DNA from: an uncultured Gammaproteobacteria bacterium
GTDB lineage: Bacteria; Patescibacteriota; Patescibacteriia; 2-12-FULL-60-25
Assembly: GCA_964513705.1 (NCBI GenBank)
Contig: CAZENZ010000001.1
Span: 1-40,893 of the forward strand
Reading direction: 5' to 3'
DNA length: 40,893 nt
The notes beneath the pieces are model-generated. The model saw only the letters and a program-made list of their open reading frames with translations. It made no database searches and was not told where the DNA came from. The position numbers and the translations under genes were made by a program. Numbering within the stretch: position 1 is the first letter of the stretch; the number at the start of each line of letters is the position of its first letter. Of this stretch, positions 1 to 8,100 are shown one piece after another.

Positions 1-2
1 TA

Positions 3-242
3 GGGATCGTCGAAGTAACCGAAACAGCTAAGCCGGATAAAACCGCCACGGAAGGTGACTGGGTGTCGGTTCGGGTAAGGGCGGTGGTCCCTTGTGGTCG
101 TTCCCTTGGACTGGAGGAGGTTCGTAATACGCCCGGTCTCAATACGATGCAGCTCGTGACCCATTCACGCCTGTCTGTCCAAACAGTCAGCGAAGCACAG
201 TGGAACGCGATTCTCAAGTATACGAAAACGTCTATTTCCTGA
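3..242 (+). CDS. 3' end of a CDS entering from the left edge; C-terminus resembles an EVE (PUA-like) domain
   Basis: Frame 3 is open from the window edge to TGA at 240-242 (80 codons). My translation: ...DWVSVRVRAVVPCGRSLGLEEVRNTPGLNTMQLVTHSRLSVQTVSEAQWNAILKYTKTSIS*. The SRLSVxxVxxxxWxxI tail matches what I remember of EVE-domain proteins (PF01878). It is absent from the ORF track because no start lies in the window. Confidence 0.45.
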   Translation, partial: GIVEVTETAKPDKTATEGDWVSVRVRAVVPCGRSLGLEEVRNTPGLNTMQLVTHSRLSVQTVSEAQWNAILKYTKTSIS

Positions 243-257
243 TATTCTAGACCAGCT

Positions 258-902
258 ATGGATCTTCCATCTTCGAGCACATCTCTTCCTGTATCCGAAC
301 CGCCGCGTGATCGCCGCAAAGCGAGTATTAAGTTTGCATTAGAGCTCCTTCAGATCTTGGCGATTTCGCTCGCCATTATCATTCCTGTTCGTTACTTCCT
401 TATTCAACCGTTCTACGTGAAGGGGGCGAGCATGGAGCCGAATTTCTTCGATCACGAATATCTCATCATCGATGAGCTGAGTTATCGTCTGAATGATCCT
501 CAGCGTGGCGACATCGTTGTTTTTAAGTATCCAAAAGATCCGACCCAGTATTTCATTAAGCGCGTGATTGGCATGCCTGAGGAGACGGTTGAAATCATTG
601 ATGGCAAGGTTCGTATCTACAATAAAGAGCATCCAAATGGGTTTTTTCTCGATGAAACTGGCTACATCGACGGCGTCTTTACGAGTAGTCGTCAGATCCA
701 GCCACTCAAGAAAGGTCAGTACTATCTGATGGGAGACAATCGTCCGGCGAGCTTGGATTCTCGTATTTTTGGTCCGGTGGAGCGTGACTTTATTGTGGGG
801 AAGGTTTTGTTACGTGGTTATCCGGTTGATCGTTGGAAAGTCTTTAAGTCGTTTACCTATCCCGCACCGTCCGCGACGCATAGCTCGACAACTGCCTCAT
901 AA
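258..902 (+). CDS. lepB: Signal peptidase I (S26 family)
   Basis: N-terminal TM helix, then the catalytic Ser box GASMEPNF. Also KRVIGMPEETVEI (Lys box) and GDNRPASLDSR, the classic LepB boxes. Confidence 0.9.
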   Translation: MDLPSSSTSLPVSEPPRDRRKASIKFALELLQILAISLAIIIPVRYFLIQPFYVKGASMEPNFFDHEYLIIDELSYRLNDPQRGDIVVFKYPKDPTQYFIKRVIGMPEETVEIIDGKVRIYNKEHPNGFFLDETGYIDGVFTSSRQIQPLKKGQYYLMGDNRPASLDSRIFGPVERDFIVGKVLLRGYPVDRWKVFKSFTYPAPSATHSSTTAS

Positions 903-947
903 TTTGGCTATTCTCAGACATCCTTTTTAAGACGCCACCTTCTCTCT

Positions 948-2330
948 ATGCCTACCGCTCCTAAACCGAAGGCTGACAAACCAGCAGCCGAAGCCGCTCC
1001 AAGTAAAAAAGCACCACAGCCCGTATCTCTTGTGCGTGGCATGCGTGATTTGCTGCCAGGTGATCAGCCCTACTGGAAGAAGGTCTATGATGCCTATGAT
1101 CGTGTGGCCGGGGCCTATGGCTTTGACCGTATTGATACTCCACTCATCGAAGAGCAATCCCTCTTTGTGCGTGGTGTGGGAAAGGTGACGGATATCGTGG
1201 AAAAAGAAATGTTCAGCTGGGAAACGCAGGGAGGCGAACATGTCGCTCTTCGCCCAGAAGGGACGGCTTCAGCCGTTCGCGCCTACGTGCAGCACGGCAT
1301 GTTGAACCTGCCTCAACCAGTGAAACTCTGGTACGCGGGTCCGATGTTCCGTTACGAGCGTCCACAAGCCGGACGTTTCCGTCAGCACTTCCAGGGTGGC
1401 TTTGAGTGCTTGGGTGAGGCCGATGCGATTGTGGATGCACAGCTGATCGTGATTTCACACGCGATTCTCAAGGATCTCGGATTGGAGCCGGTCGTGAAGA
1501 TCAACTCGCTCGGTTCACCAGAATCACGCACCAACTACAAGAATGCGCTCGTAGCCTACTTCCGTTCCAAACGCAACGTGCTCACCGAAGAAGATAAGAA
1601 GCGCTTGCTCAAGAATCCACTTCGCCTGCTCGATTCCAAAGAAGAGCACATGAAAGAGCTTAAGGCTGAGGCTCCGCAAATTGTTGATTGGCTAGACGAG
1701 GAATCGAAGGCGCACTTCATGCGCGTGCTCGAATATCTTGATGAGGTAGGTGTTCCTTACGAGCTTGATCCATACCTCGTGCGTGGTCTCGATTACTATA
1801 CCAAGACCGTTTTTGAATGGTATGCTTCGAGCGATGATCAAGAATTGGCGCAATCTGCGTTGGGAGGTGGTGGCCGCTACGACGACCTGGTGGAGCAACT
1901 TGGTGGTCGCCCAACACCAGCCGCGGGCTTTGGTCTTGGGCTTGATCGTATCGTCTCGCGTCTCAAGGAACTTGATCCGGCATTGGGAACGCAGATTCGG
2001 AAAGCCGACGTCTTTATTGCGCAGTTGGGAGAAATGGGGAAAAAGCGCGCGCTCGCTCTCTTTGAAGAATTCCGTCAGGCAGGGATCGCGGTCGGGGAGT
2101 CATTTGCAAAGACGTCTCTTAAATCTCAAATGGAGGTCGCGAATCGCCGGGGAGCACGCTACGCACTCCTCCTCGGACAAAAAGAAGTCCTAGACGGGAC
2201 GGTGCTGGTGCGTGACATGGATTCCGGTACGCAAGAGGTCTTTGACGCCAAAAAAGCGGTTCATGAAATGCGCAAGAAGTTAATTGCGAATGCGGCGGCA
2301 GCTGAGGCGGCAAAAGCCGAGACGGAATAA
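948..2330 (+). CDS. hisS: Histidyl-tRNA synthetase with a Lys/Ala/Pro-rich N-terminal extension
   Basis: Class II aaRS / HisRS motifs: RGMRDLLP, FRYERPQAGRFRQHFQ, GGGGRYDDL, GFGLGLDRI. The C-terminal anticodon-binding region is present. The first ~27 aa (PTAPKPKADKPAAEAAPSKKAPQP) are low complexity. Confidence 0.95.
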   Translation: MPTAPKPKADKPAAEAAPSKKAPQPVSLVRGMRDLLPGDQPYWKKVYDAYDRVAGAYGFDRIDTPLIEEQSLFVRGVGKVTDIVEKEMFSWETQGGEHVALRPEGTASAVRAYVQHGMLNLPQPVKLWYAGPMFRYERPQAGRFRQHFQGGFECLGEADAIVDAQLIVISHAILKDLGLEPVVKINSLGSPESRTNYKNALVAYFRSKRNVLTEEDKKRLLKNPLRLLDSKEEHMKELKAEAPQIVDWLDEESKAHFMRVLEYLDEVGVPYELDPYLVRGLDYYTKTVFEWYASSDDQELAQSALGGGGRYDDLVEQLGGRPTPAAGFGLGLDRIVSRLKELDPALGTQIRKADVFIAQLGEMGKKRALALFEEFRQAGIAVGESFAKTSLKSQMEVANRRGARYALLLGQKEVLDGTVLVRDMDSGTQEVFDAKKAVHEMRKKLIANAAAAEAAKAETE

Positions 2331-2350
2331 CTTAGCCCCGAAGATCGAAA

Positions 2351-2380
2351 AAGAGCTCCATTGTGGGCTCTTTCTTCGTT
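2351..2380 (+). terminator. Candidate intrinsic terminator after hisS
   Basis: aagagc (2351-2356) pairs with gctctt (2367-2372). An inner cca/tgg pairing has one bulged t. The hairpin is followed by the T-rich tract tcttcgtt. Confidence 0.45.
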
Positions 2381-2407
2381 GACGGTGTTCTGATTTTCGC
2401 GTAGGAT
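2379..2407 (+). promoter_or_regulatory. Sigma70-like promoter for rpsU-yqeY (and possibly the downstream locus)
   Basis: TTGACG (2379-2384), a 17-nt spacer, then TAGGAT (2402-2407). An AAGGAG Shine-Dalgarno sits at 2455-2460, 8 nt before the rpsU ATG at 2469. Confidence 0.45.
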
Positions 2408-2468
2408 GGATCTCGACATTCGTGGCAGTTTAGCCCCGGTGATCCTCATATAGAAAGGAGCGTGTCTT

Positions 2469-2720
2469 ATGGCCGAAGTGAAACGTAAGAAAGGTGAAGC
2501 GTTTGATGCCTTGTTGCGTCGTTTTCAGCGTCGCCACCAGGAGAGTGGAAAGAACATTGAAGTCAAACGTCGTCGTTTTCACGCGAAGGCAGTTAATGAA
2601 AACCGTCGCCGTGAGAGTGCGCTGTACCGTGTCACGAAGCGCAACAAGCTAACGTATCTTTTGAAGACCGGACAGGTCCAAGAAGATGCTCGCCGTCCTT
2701 CACACCGTAAATCATCATAA
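2469..2720 (+). CDS. rpsU: 30S ribosomal protein S21
   Basis: Small, very basic protein. VKRKKGEAFDALLRRFQRR...RRRFHAKAV...ENRRRE is the typical S21 pattern, and a strong SD lies upstream. Confidence 0.85.
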   Translation: MAEVKRKKGEAFDALLRRFQRRHQESGKNIEVKRRRFHAKAVNENRRRESALYRVTKRNKLTYLLKTGQVQEDARRPSHRKSS

Positions 2721-2722
2721 CG

Positions 2723-3160
2723 ATGACTATCCTCGAACGGATTGATGCTGACTTTAAAGAGGCGATGAAAACCAAAGATGAACTGGCATTGTCCGTTCTT
2801 CGCTTGGTCAGAACCGCTTTAAAGAATAAGCAGATCGATCTTGGTCACGCGCCTGATCAGGCGGAGACTGAACAAGTCTTACGCACCATGATCAAACAGT
2901 ACCAGGATGCGTTAACTGATTTCTCTTCAGCTGGTCGACAAGACCTGGTCGAGCGTCAGCAAAAGGAAATCGATCTCATCGCTGTGTATCTTCCACCGCC
3001 ACTGTCTGCCGAAGATCTTCGAAAGATTGTTCACGAGGCTCTCGCCGCGTCGGACATCAAGGAAGTTGGTCGTGCAATGGGGGTGGCGATGAAGGCGGTG
3101 AATGGCCGAGCGGATGCCAAAGACGTTCGTCCACTGGTCGAGAGTTACTTTCACCCGTAA
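2723..3160 (+). CDS. yqeY: GatB/YqeY-domain protein
   Basis: The N-terminus ILERIDADFKEAMKTKDELALSVLRLVRTALKNKQID and the 145-aa length are typical of the YqeY family (PF09424). It sits directly after rpsU, as in many Firmicutes and CPR genomes. Confidence 0.85.
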   Translation: MTILERIDADFKEAMKTKDELALSVLRLVRTALKNKQIDLGHAPDQAETEQVLRTMIKQYQDALTDFSSAGRQDLVERQQKEIDLIAVYLPPPLSAEDLRKIVHEALAASDIKEVGRAMGVAMKAVNGRADAKDVRPLVESYFHP

Positions 3161-3211
3161 ACTGTTCTTGTAGAGTCCGTGTCCCTTTGAATCCCAACAT
3201 CTTTCTTTCCC

Positions 3212-5146
3212 ATGCTTGAGAAAGGTTGCAGGAGCGTCACAGCCGCTATGTCAGCACCCGTACGATTATTCGCCCGGGTGTTGCTAGCGGCTGTGTTCGT
3301 GCTCGCGCTTGTTTGGACGTTGCCCGCGACCGTCCACGCGCAATCTGCCCCAGCCCCCGACGCAGCGGCTCAGTTGAGTGATGCGGCGACCGCCGCTGGT
3401 GTCGATGGATCGGTGTCGCTCATGACGCTGATTGGTCGTATCATAAACGTGATTTTCGGATTCTTGGGGGTGATTTTGCTTGGGTATATTTTGTACGCGG
3501 GATACCTGTGGATGACGGCACAGGGCGATCCGAAACAGGTCCAAACAGCAAAAGACACCATTCGTAATGCCATTATTGGATTGGTCATCTTTGCTTCTTC
3601 GTTTGCGATTGTGAGTTTTATTCTTGCGCAGCTTGCGGGAGTTGCGACCGGTGAAGGGTTATTTGGAACTGGAGGGGGTGATGACTTGGGATTGAGCGGA
3701 TTCCCTGATCGTGCTGGTGCGTTGGGCGATGTCATTCGTGATGTTTATCCAATGCCTGGTTCACGTGATGTCCCACGCAACACCAGCATCATGGTGACAT
3801 TTGCGCAACCGATCAAAATCGATTCGTTTATTCGTGGTTATGACGATCATGGTACGCCGGGTGATTTGAGCGACGATGTTGCAACGAGTACGCGTATTGG
3901 GCTGAACACGGATAATATTCGCATTTATCGCACTTCTGAAGGACGCACGCGTGCGCTTACAACGGAGCAAGTTCGTGTGCGCTTTACCCCAGATCGTCTG
4001 ACATTCGTGATGCGTCCAGTTGAGTATCTTGGGAGTTCGGTCGAGCCACAAGACTACACGGTTGAACTTACGGGTGGTCCAACGGGGATCAAACTGGAAG
4101 ATGGATCGGCGGTATTTCAGGGTCGTGCGTCGCGTGGATATCGTTGGGCTTTCCAAGTTTCAACGGTAGTAGATCTCACCCCGCCAAAAGTAGTGAGTGC
4201 GATTCCTGCCTCCGGTGGAAGATATGCGCCAAATATCATCGTCCAGGTCAACTTCAATGAAGCAGTTGATCCGACGAGCGCGGCTGGGCTTGTGCGTGAT
4301 GGTGGAGCGGGCTTCGATAACATTGAAGTCTCTGCTCGACCGTTGGCTGGAGGCGCTTCAGTTCGTCCCGCGGGTGAATTCAAAGTTTCGAATGCCTACA
4401 CCACGGTTGAGTTCATGACGAACTTGGCCTGTGGAGTGAATAGCTGCGGTCGACAAATCTTCTGTCTGCCATCGGATTCCGCGATTCGTGTGGATGTGAA
4501 AGCGGCGACATTGGAAACAGCAAGTAGTTCACAGGCAGCGATTGTACGTGGGTTATATGATGGAGTTGTAGATGTCGCGAACAACTCACTCGATGGAAAT
4601 GCTAATGATCGTGCGCAGGGTCCACCGGCTGATAACTACACCTATAACTTTACAACGCTCACGGATCCCGATCGAAGTGCGCCGTTCATTCGAGCCTTTG
4701 TGCCGGCGCCAGATACGGGACTCATCCCGGTAGATCAGATTCCGTCGGCTGATTTTAATGGGATCCTTCAGGCATCTACTGTGAACTCGGGGAATATCAA
4801 ATTATTGTTGAATGAGCCACCAACCGATACGTTCTGGTTCCGTCCACGTATGGTGAACGTCGTAGCAGGGCTGCCAGTAACGATTGGTCAGCCGGCTTCA
4901 TCCAGTCGTGCTTTGATTGACCATCGTGTCTACGCTGCCGCAACACCACGGTTTGCGCCGGAGTACTATCCACAGTTTGGTTCAGGCGTGCAGAATATCT
5001 ATCAGAACTGCTTCCATCCAACGTCGTCCGATAACTCAACAAGTGAATGTCGTGGAACGCCGGATCGGCCAAACTGTTGCTTTGTGGAAGGTGTTCCGAC
5101 GCCAAGTGCGAGCGCTTGCCCTTATCCTAATCCTTCACGGCCATGA
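3212..5146 (+). CDS. Exported protein: signal peptide + T4SS-pilin-like module + Gly linker + Big_5/SbsA-type Ig-like domains + Cys-containing C-terminal region
   Basis: The likely true start is ATG 3248, with AGGAG at 3230-3234, giving MSAPVRLFARVLLAAVFVLALVWTLPATVHA|QS. The pilin-like module is LIGRIINVIFGFLGVILLGYILYAGYLWMTAQGDPKQVQTAKDTIRNAIIGLVIFASSFAIVSFIL. Ig-like segments carry the Big_5 signature (YPMPGSRDVPRNTSIMVTFAQPIKIDSF; SAIPASGGRYAPNIIVQVNFNEAVDPTS). The stop overlaps the next start (ATGA at 5143-5146). Confidence 0.85.
   Translation: MLEKGCRSVTAAMSAPVRLFARVLLAAVFVLALVWTLPATVHAQSAPAPDAAAQLSDAATAAGVDGSVSLMTLIGRIINVIFGFLGVILLGYILYAGYLWMTAQGDPKQVQTAKDTIRNAIIGLVIFASSFAIVSFILAQLAGVATGEGLFGTGGGDDLGLSGFPDRAGALGDVIRDVYPMPGSRDVPRNTSIMVTFAQPIKIDSFIRGYDDHGTPGDLSDDVATSTRIGLNTDNIRIYRTSEGRTRALTTEQVRVRFTPDRLTFVMRPVEYLGSSVEPQDYTVELTGGPTGIKLEDGSAVFQGRASRGYRWAFQVSTVVDLTPPKVVSAIPASGGRYAPNIIVQVNFNEAVDPTSAAGLVRDGGAGFDNIEVSARPLAGGASVRPAGEFKVSNAYTTVEFMTNLACGVNSCGRQIFCLPSDSAIRVDVKAATLETASSSQAAIVRGLYDGVVDVANNSLDGNANDRAQGPPADNYTYNFTTLTDPDRSAPFIRAFVPAPDTGLIPVDQIPSADFNGILQASTVNSGNIKLLLNEPPTDTFWFRPRMVNVVAGLPVTIGQPASSSRALIDHRVYAAATPRFAPEYYPQFGSGVQNIYQNCFHPTSSDNSTSECRGTPDRPNCCFVEGVPTPSASACPYPNPSRP
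3422..3640 (+). other. T4SS-pilin-like (TrbC/VirB2-type) two-helix module of the 644-aa protein
   Basis: Two hydrophobic helices flank a short polar loop, YAG(Y/F)LWMTAxGD...KAxKTIRNAIIGL. This matches my memory of Pfam T4SS_pilin (PF18895), which is common in CPR genomes. Confidence 0.6.
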
Positions 5147-8100
5147 ACTTTCGTCGCCTTTTCTGTTTGTTGGGGCTAGTCCTCGCCATAGGCGGGGTTT
5201 TAGCCTTTTTGCCGGCGACACCGGTCATGGCTCAGGTGGATGCTGGATTTCAGGAGGTTGGAGCCGCCGCACAGCTGGGCACAGCTGATCCAAGAATTAT
5301 CGCTGCGCGTATCATTAATATTTTCTTGGGAACGCTTGGTACGATTCTGTTGTGTCTGGTGTTGTATGCGGGGTTTCTCTGGATGACGGCGGGTGGTGAT
5401 GCGGAGAGAGTAGAAAAAGCCCAGAAGACGATTCGCAATGCGATTATTGGGCTCATTATCATCGTGTGTTCCTGGGGATTCGTTACTTTCATTTTGAATA
5501 AGTTACTCGATGCAACGCGCGGAAGTGGGGGATTTGTTGCGACGAGTGATAACGGAGGAGGCGGTGGCGAATTAGGTGCAGCCGGTGGATCATTAGCGTT
5601 TAATGTTCGCTCGATCACGCCGTCTGGACCGATCCGTATTCGCAATGCGGAAGTGCGTTTCTTGTTGAGCCGTGAAGTTTTGGCGAGTTCTGCGACGAGC
5701 TCGATCACCGTTGTTCGTGCCTCGGATGAGCAGCCGGTCGAAGGTACAGTTACGGTGGCGGATAGTTTGGTGACGTTTGTTCCAACTCAAGCCTGTCCTG
5801 CTCCTAACGGAAACCGTAAGTGTTTTGCTGAAAATACCGATTACATTGCGCGCGTTGGACGGGGCTTACGCTCACGTTCAGGGCTCACGGTTGCTTGTGG
5901 GAGAACGGCGCCGCCATGTGAGGGGCGGTTCCGTACGGGGAGCTTGGTAGACGTAAGTTCGCCAAATTCCGCTATCACAAATCCACTCGATGGGCAGGGA
6001 ATTCCTCTGGGAGATACGGTACGTGTCACCGTTCGTTCCAGGGACGATGGAGGTATCTCCATCACAGAGGTGTTAGTGGATGGTCGCATGATCGGTCGTG
6101 ATGCGGCGACTGCTACTACCACTCCTCTTGAATATGACGCGACCGTGAACTGGGATACGCGTGGAGTTGCAACTGGTACGCATCGCATCGAAGCCCGGGT
6201 GTTCGATATCGATTCAAACAGTGTGACGACCACCCCGATTACGGTGGCTGTGCGTCCACGAAGTTATTTCAATGGCGTTCAAGATAATGGGGCTCCTGAA
6301 GTTGGTTGTGGTGGTCCTGGTCAGCCATTGTGTGTGGGGAGCGCTTGTACGACGGGTCGTTCTTGTTTGAGTGGTCTGTGCGAAGGGGGCGTATGTCGTG
6401 CGCGTCCTGAAACAGAAACAGGATGTGGCGGTCCTGGGCAGCTTGCCTGTATTGGGGCTGTCTGTACGCGTGGAGATGGTTGTTTGAGCGGACGGTGTGA
6501 AGGCGGTATTTGTCGCGGGCGAGGTGAAACGGGTGTCGACTGTGGGGGCGCAGGAGGTGGCGCGTGTGCCGGAGCGATGTGTACGCGTGGAGTCGATTGT
6601 GCAAGTGGTTTGTGTGTCGCTGGACGATGTATCGAGCAGCCAATTATTGGATCGTTCAATCCTGTAAATGGTCGCCCTGGTACCTATGTCACGATTAGTG
6701 GGGTGAATTTTGGAACTACCACCGGTCAGGTGACGTTTGGTGGCCGTCTAGCAACTGCGCCAGCCTCCTGCGGATCATCGACGGCTTTCTGGTCGCCGAC
6801 GCAGATTGTGGTGGCTGTTCCAGAAGGGGCGACTACTAGCACGATTCAGGTGACGCATGCCACGAATCGCATGACGGACGCCACGAATGACGAACGTGGT
6901 CCGCGTTTGGCTGATTTCGTAGTAAATGGTGTGGCACGTCCGGGGTTGTGTGTCATTCGTCCAGGAACCGGAACGGTCGGTGATCGCTCGCGTTTGGCGG
7001 TGGCTGGCGTGAACCTGGGTAGTACCGCGGGGCGATTGTTTTTCAACGATCATGATGTGGCGATTAGTGCCTGGCGTCCAACGGGTGTGGATCTGACAGC
7101 GCCACTTGTCCCACCGGGTGCCTATTCGGTCCGTGCTCGTATTGGAGAGCTGGAATCAAATCCGGTTGGTTTTCATTTTAACGATCGCGTCATTACCGCG
7201 CCTCCGATTATTGATCAGCTGCGTCCGGCGACTGGTACGGTTGGATCGTATGTCACGCTGCTTGGTCGAAACTTTGGAAGTGGCGGTCGTGTGTTCTTTC
7301 GCAATCCGTTGACCAACGCCATTGGTGAGGCGGATACGCGCTTCCCGGCGCAGTGTGGAAGCACTTTCTGGGCGGATACATCTGTGATGATCAAGGTGCC
7401 ACGTGCGTTGCGTGGCGGATTGGGGGAGGAGCAGGCGGTGCGTGGAGGGGCATACGAAATTTATTTGCAGCGTGATGGGATTACGCAGAGTAATCGTGTT
7501 CCATTTACGGTATTTGATGGTGCGCCTGGCCCAGGTGTGTGTTCTATTCAGCCAATTGCGGGTCCGGTTGGAACGGGAGTCACGATTTATGGTGAGCGGT
7601 TTGGTTCAGTGGTCGGTGCCGTATCCTTTGCAGGGACCACGTCCTCGCGTCCTTTAGCGTTCTTGTCGAGTGAAAGCTGGCGCGATGGAGAGATTCGTAC
7701 GCGTGTGCCAACCGGTGCGTTGACAGGCGGAGTGCGCGTTACGGTGGCCGGTCAAGACTCGAATGATGCTTTTTTCTCGGTAGCGAACTGTGTTAGTACG
7801 CCGGGTATTTGTGGACCTTCCCTTGCCTGTTGTCCGGACGGAAGCTGCGCGGTGGCTGGTACTTGCCGCGCGTTGGGAGTGGCTACGAGTACTTTTGCCT
7901 GGAGATCGTCAACCGGACGGTTGTATCAGTCACCACGTGTGGTGGAAGAGTGTAATAACGAATTACCACCTTCTCCAAGCCCACGGAGCCTTTCGACCTG
8001 TGTGAATGCTCAGGCAGTTGTACGCTTTACGACACATATTGAAGCTTCGACGATTAATCCGAGTAATGTGATTATCCGTCGCTGTACCGGAAGAACCGGC

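Noticed and set aside
1750-2193. A 147-aa alternative-frame ORF inside hisS, and similar small ORFs inside the giant gene and other conserved genes
   Set aside because: They are embedded in genes with strong family motifs in another frame. No independent evidence supports them.
2332-2438. A 9-nt direct repeat, ttagccccg, at 2332-2340 and 2430-2438, flanking the hisS terminator and the rpsU promoter
   Set aside because: It is short enough to be chance. No other hallmarks of an inserted element, such as inverted repeats or composition change, lie between the copies.
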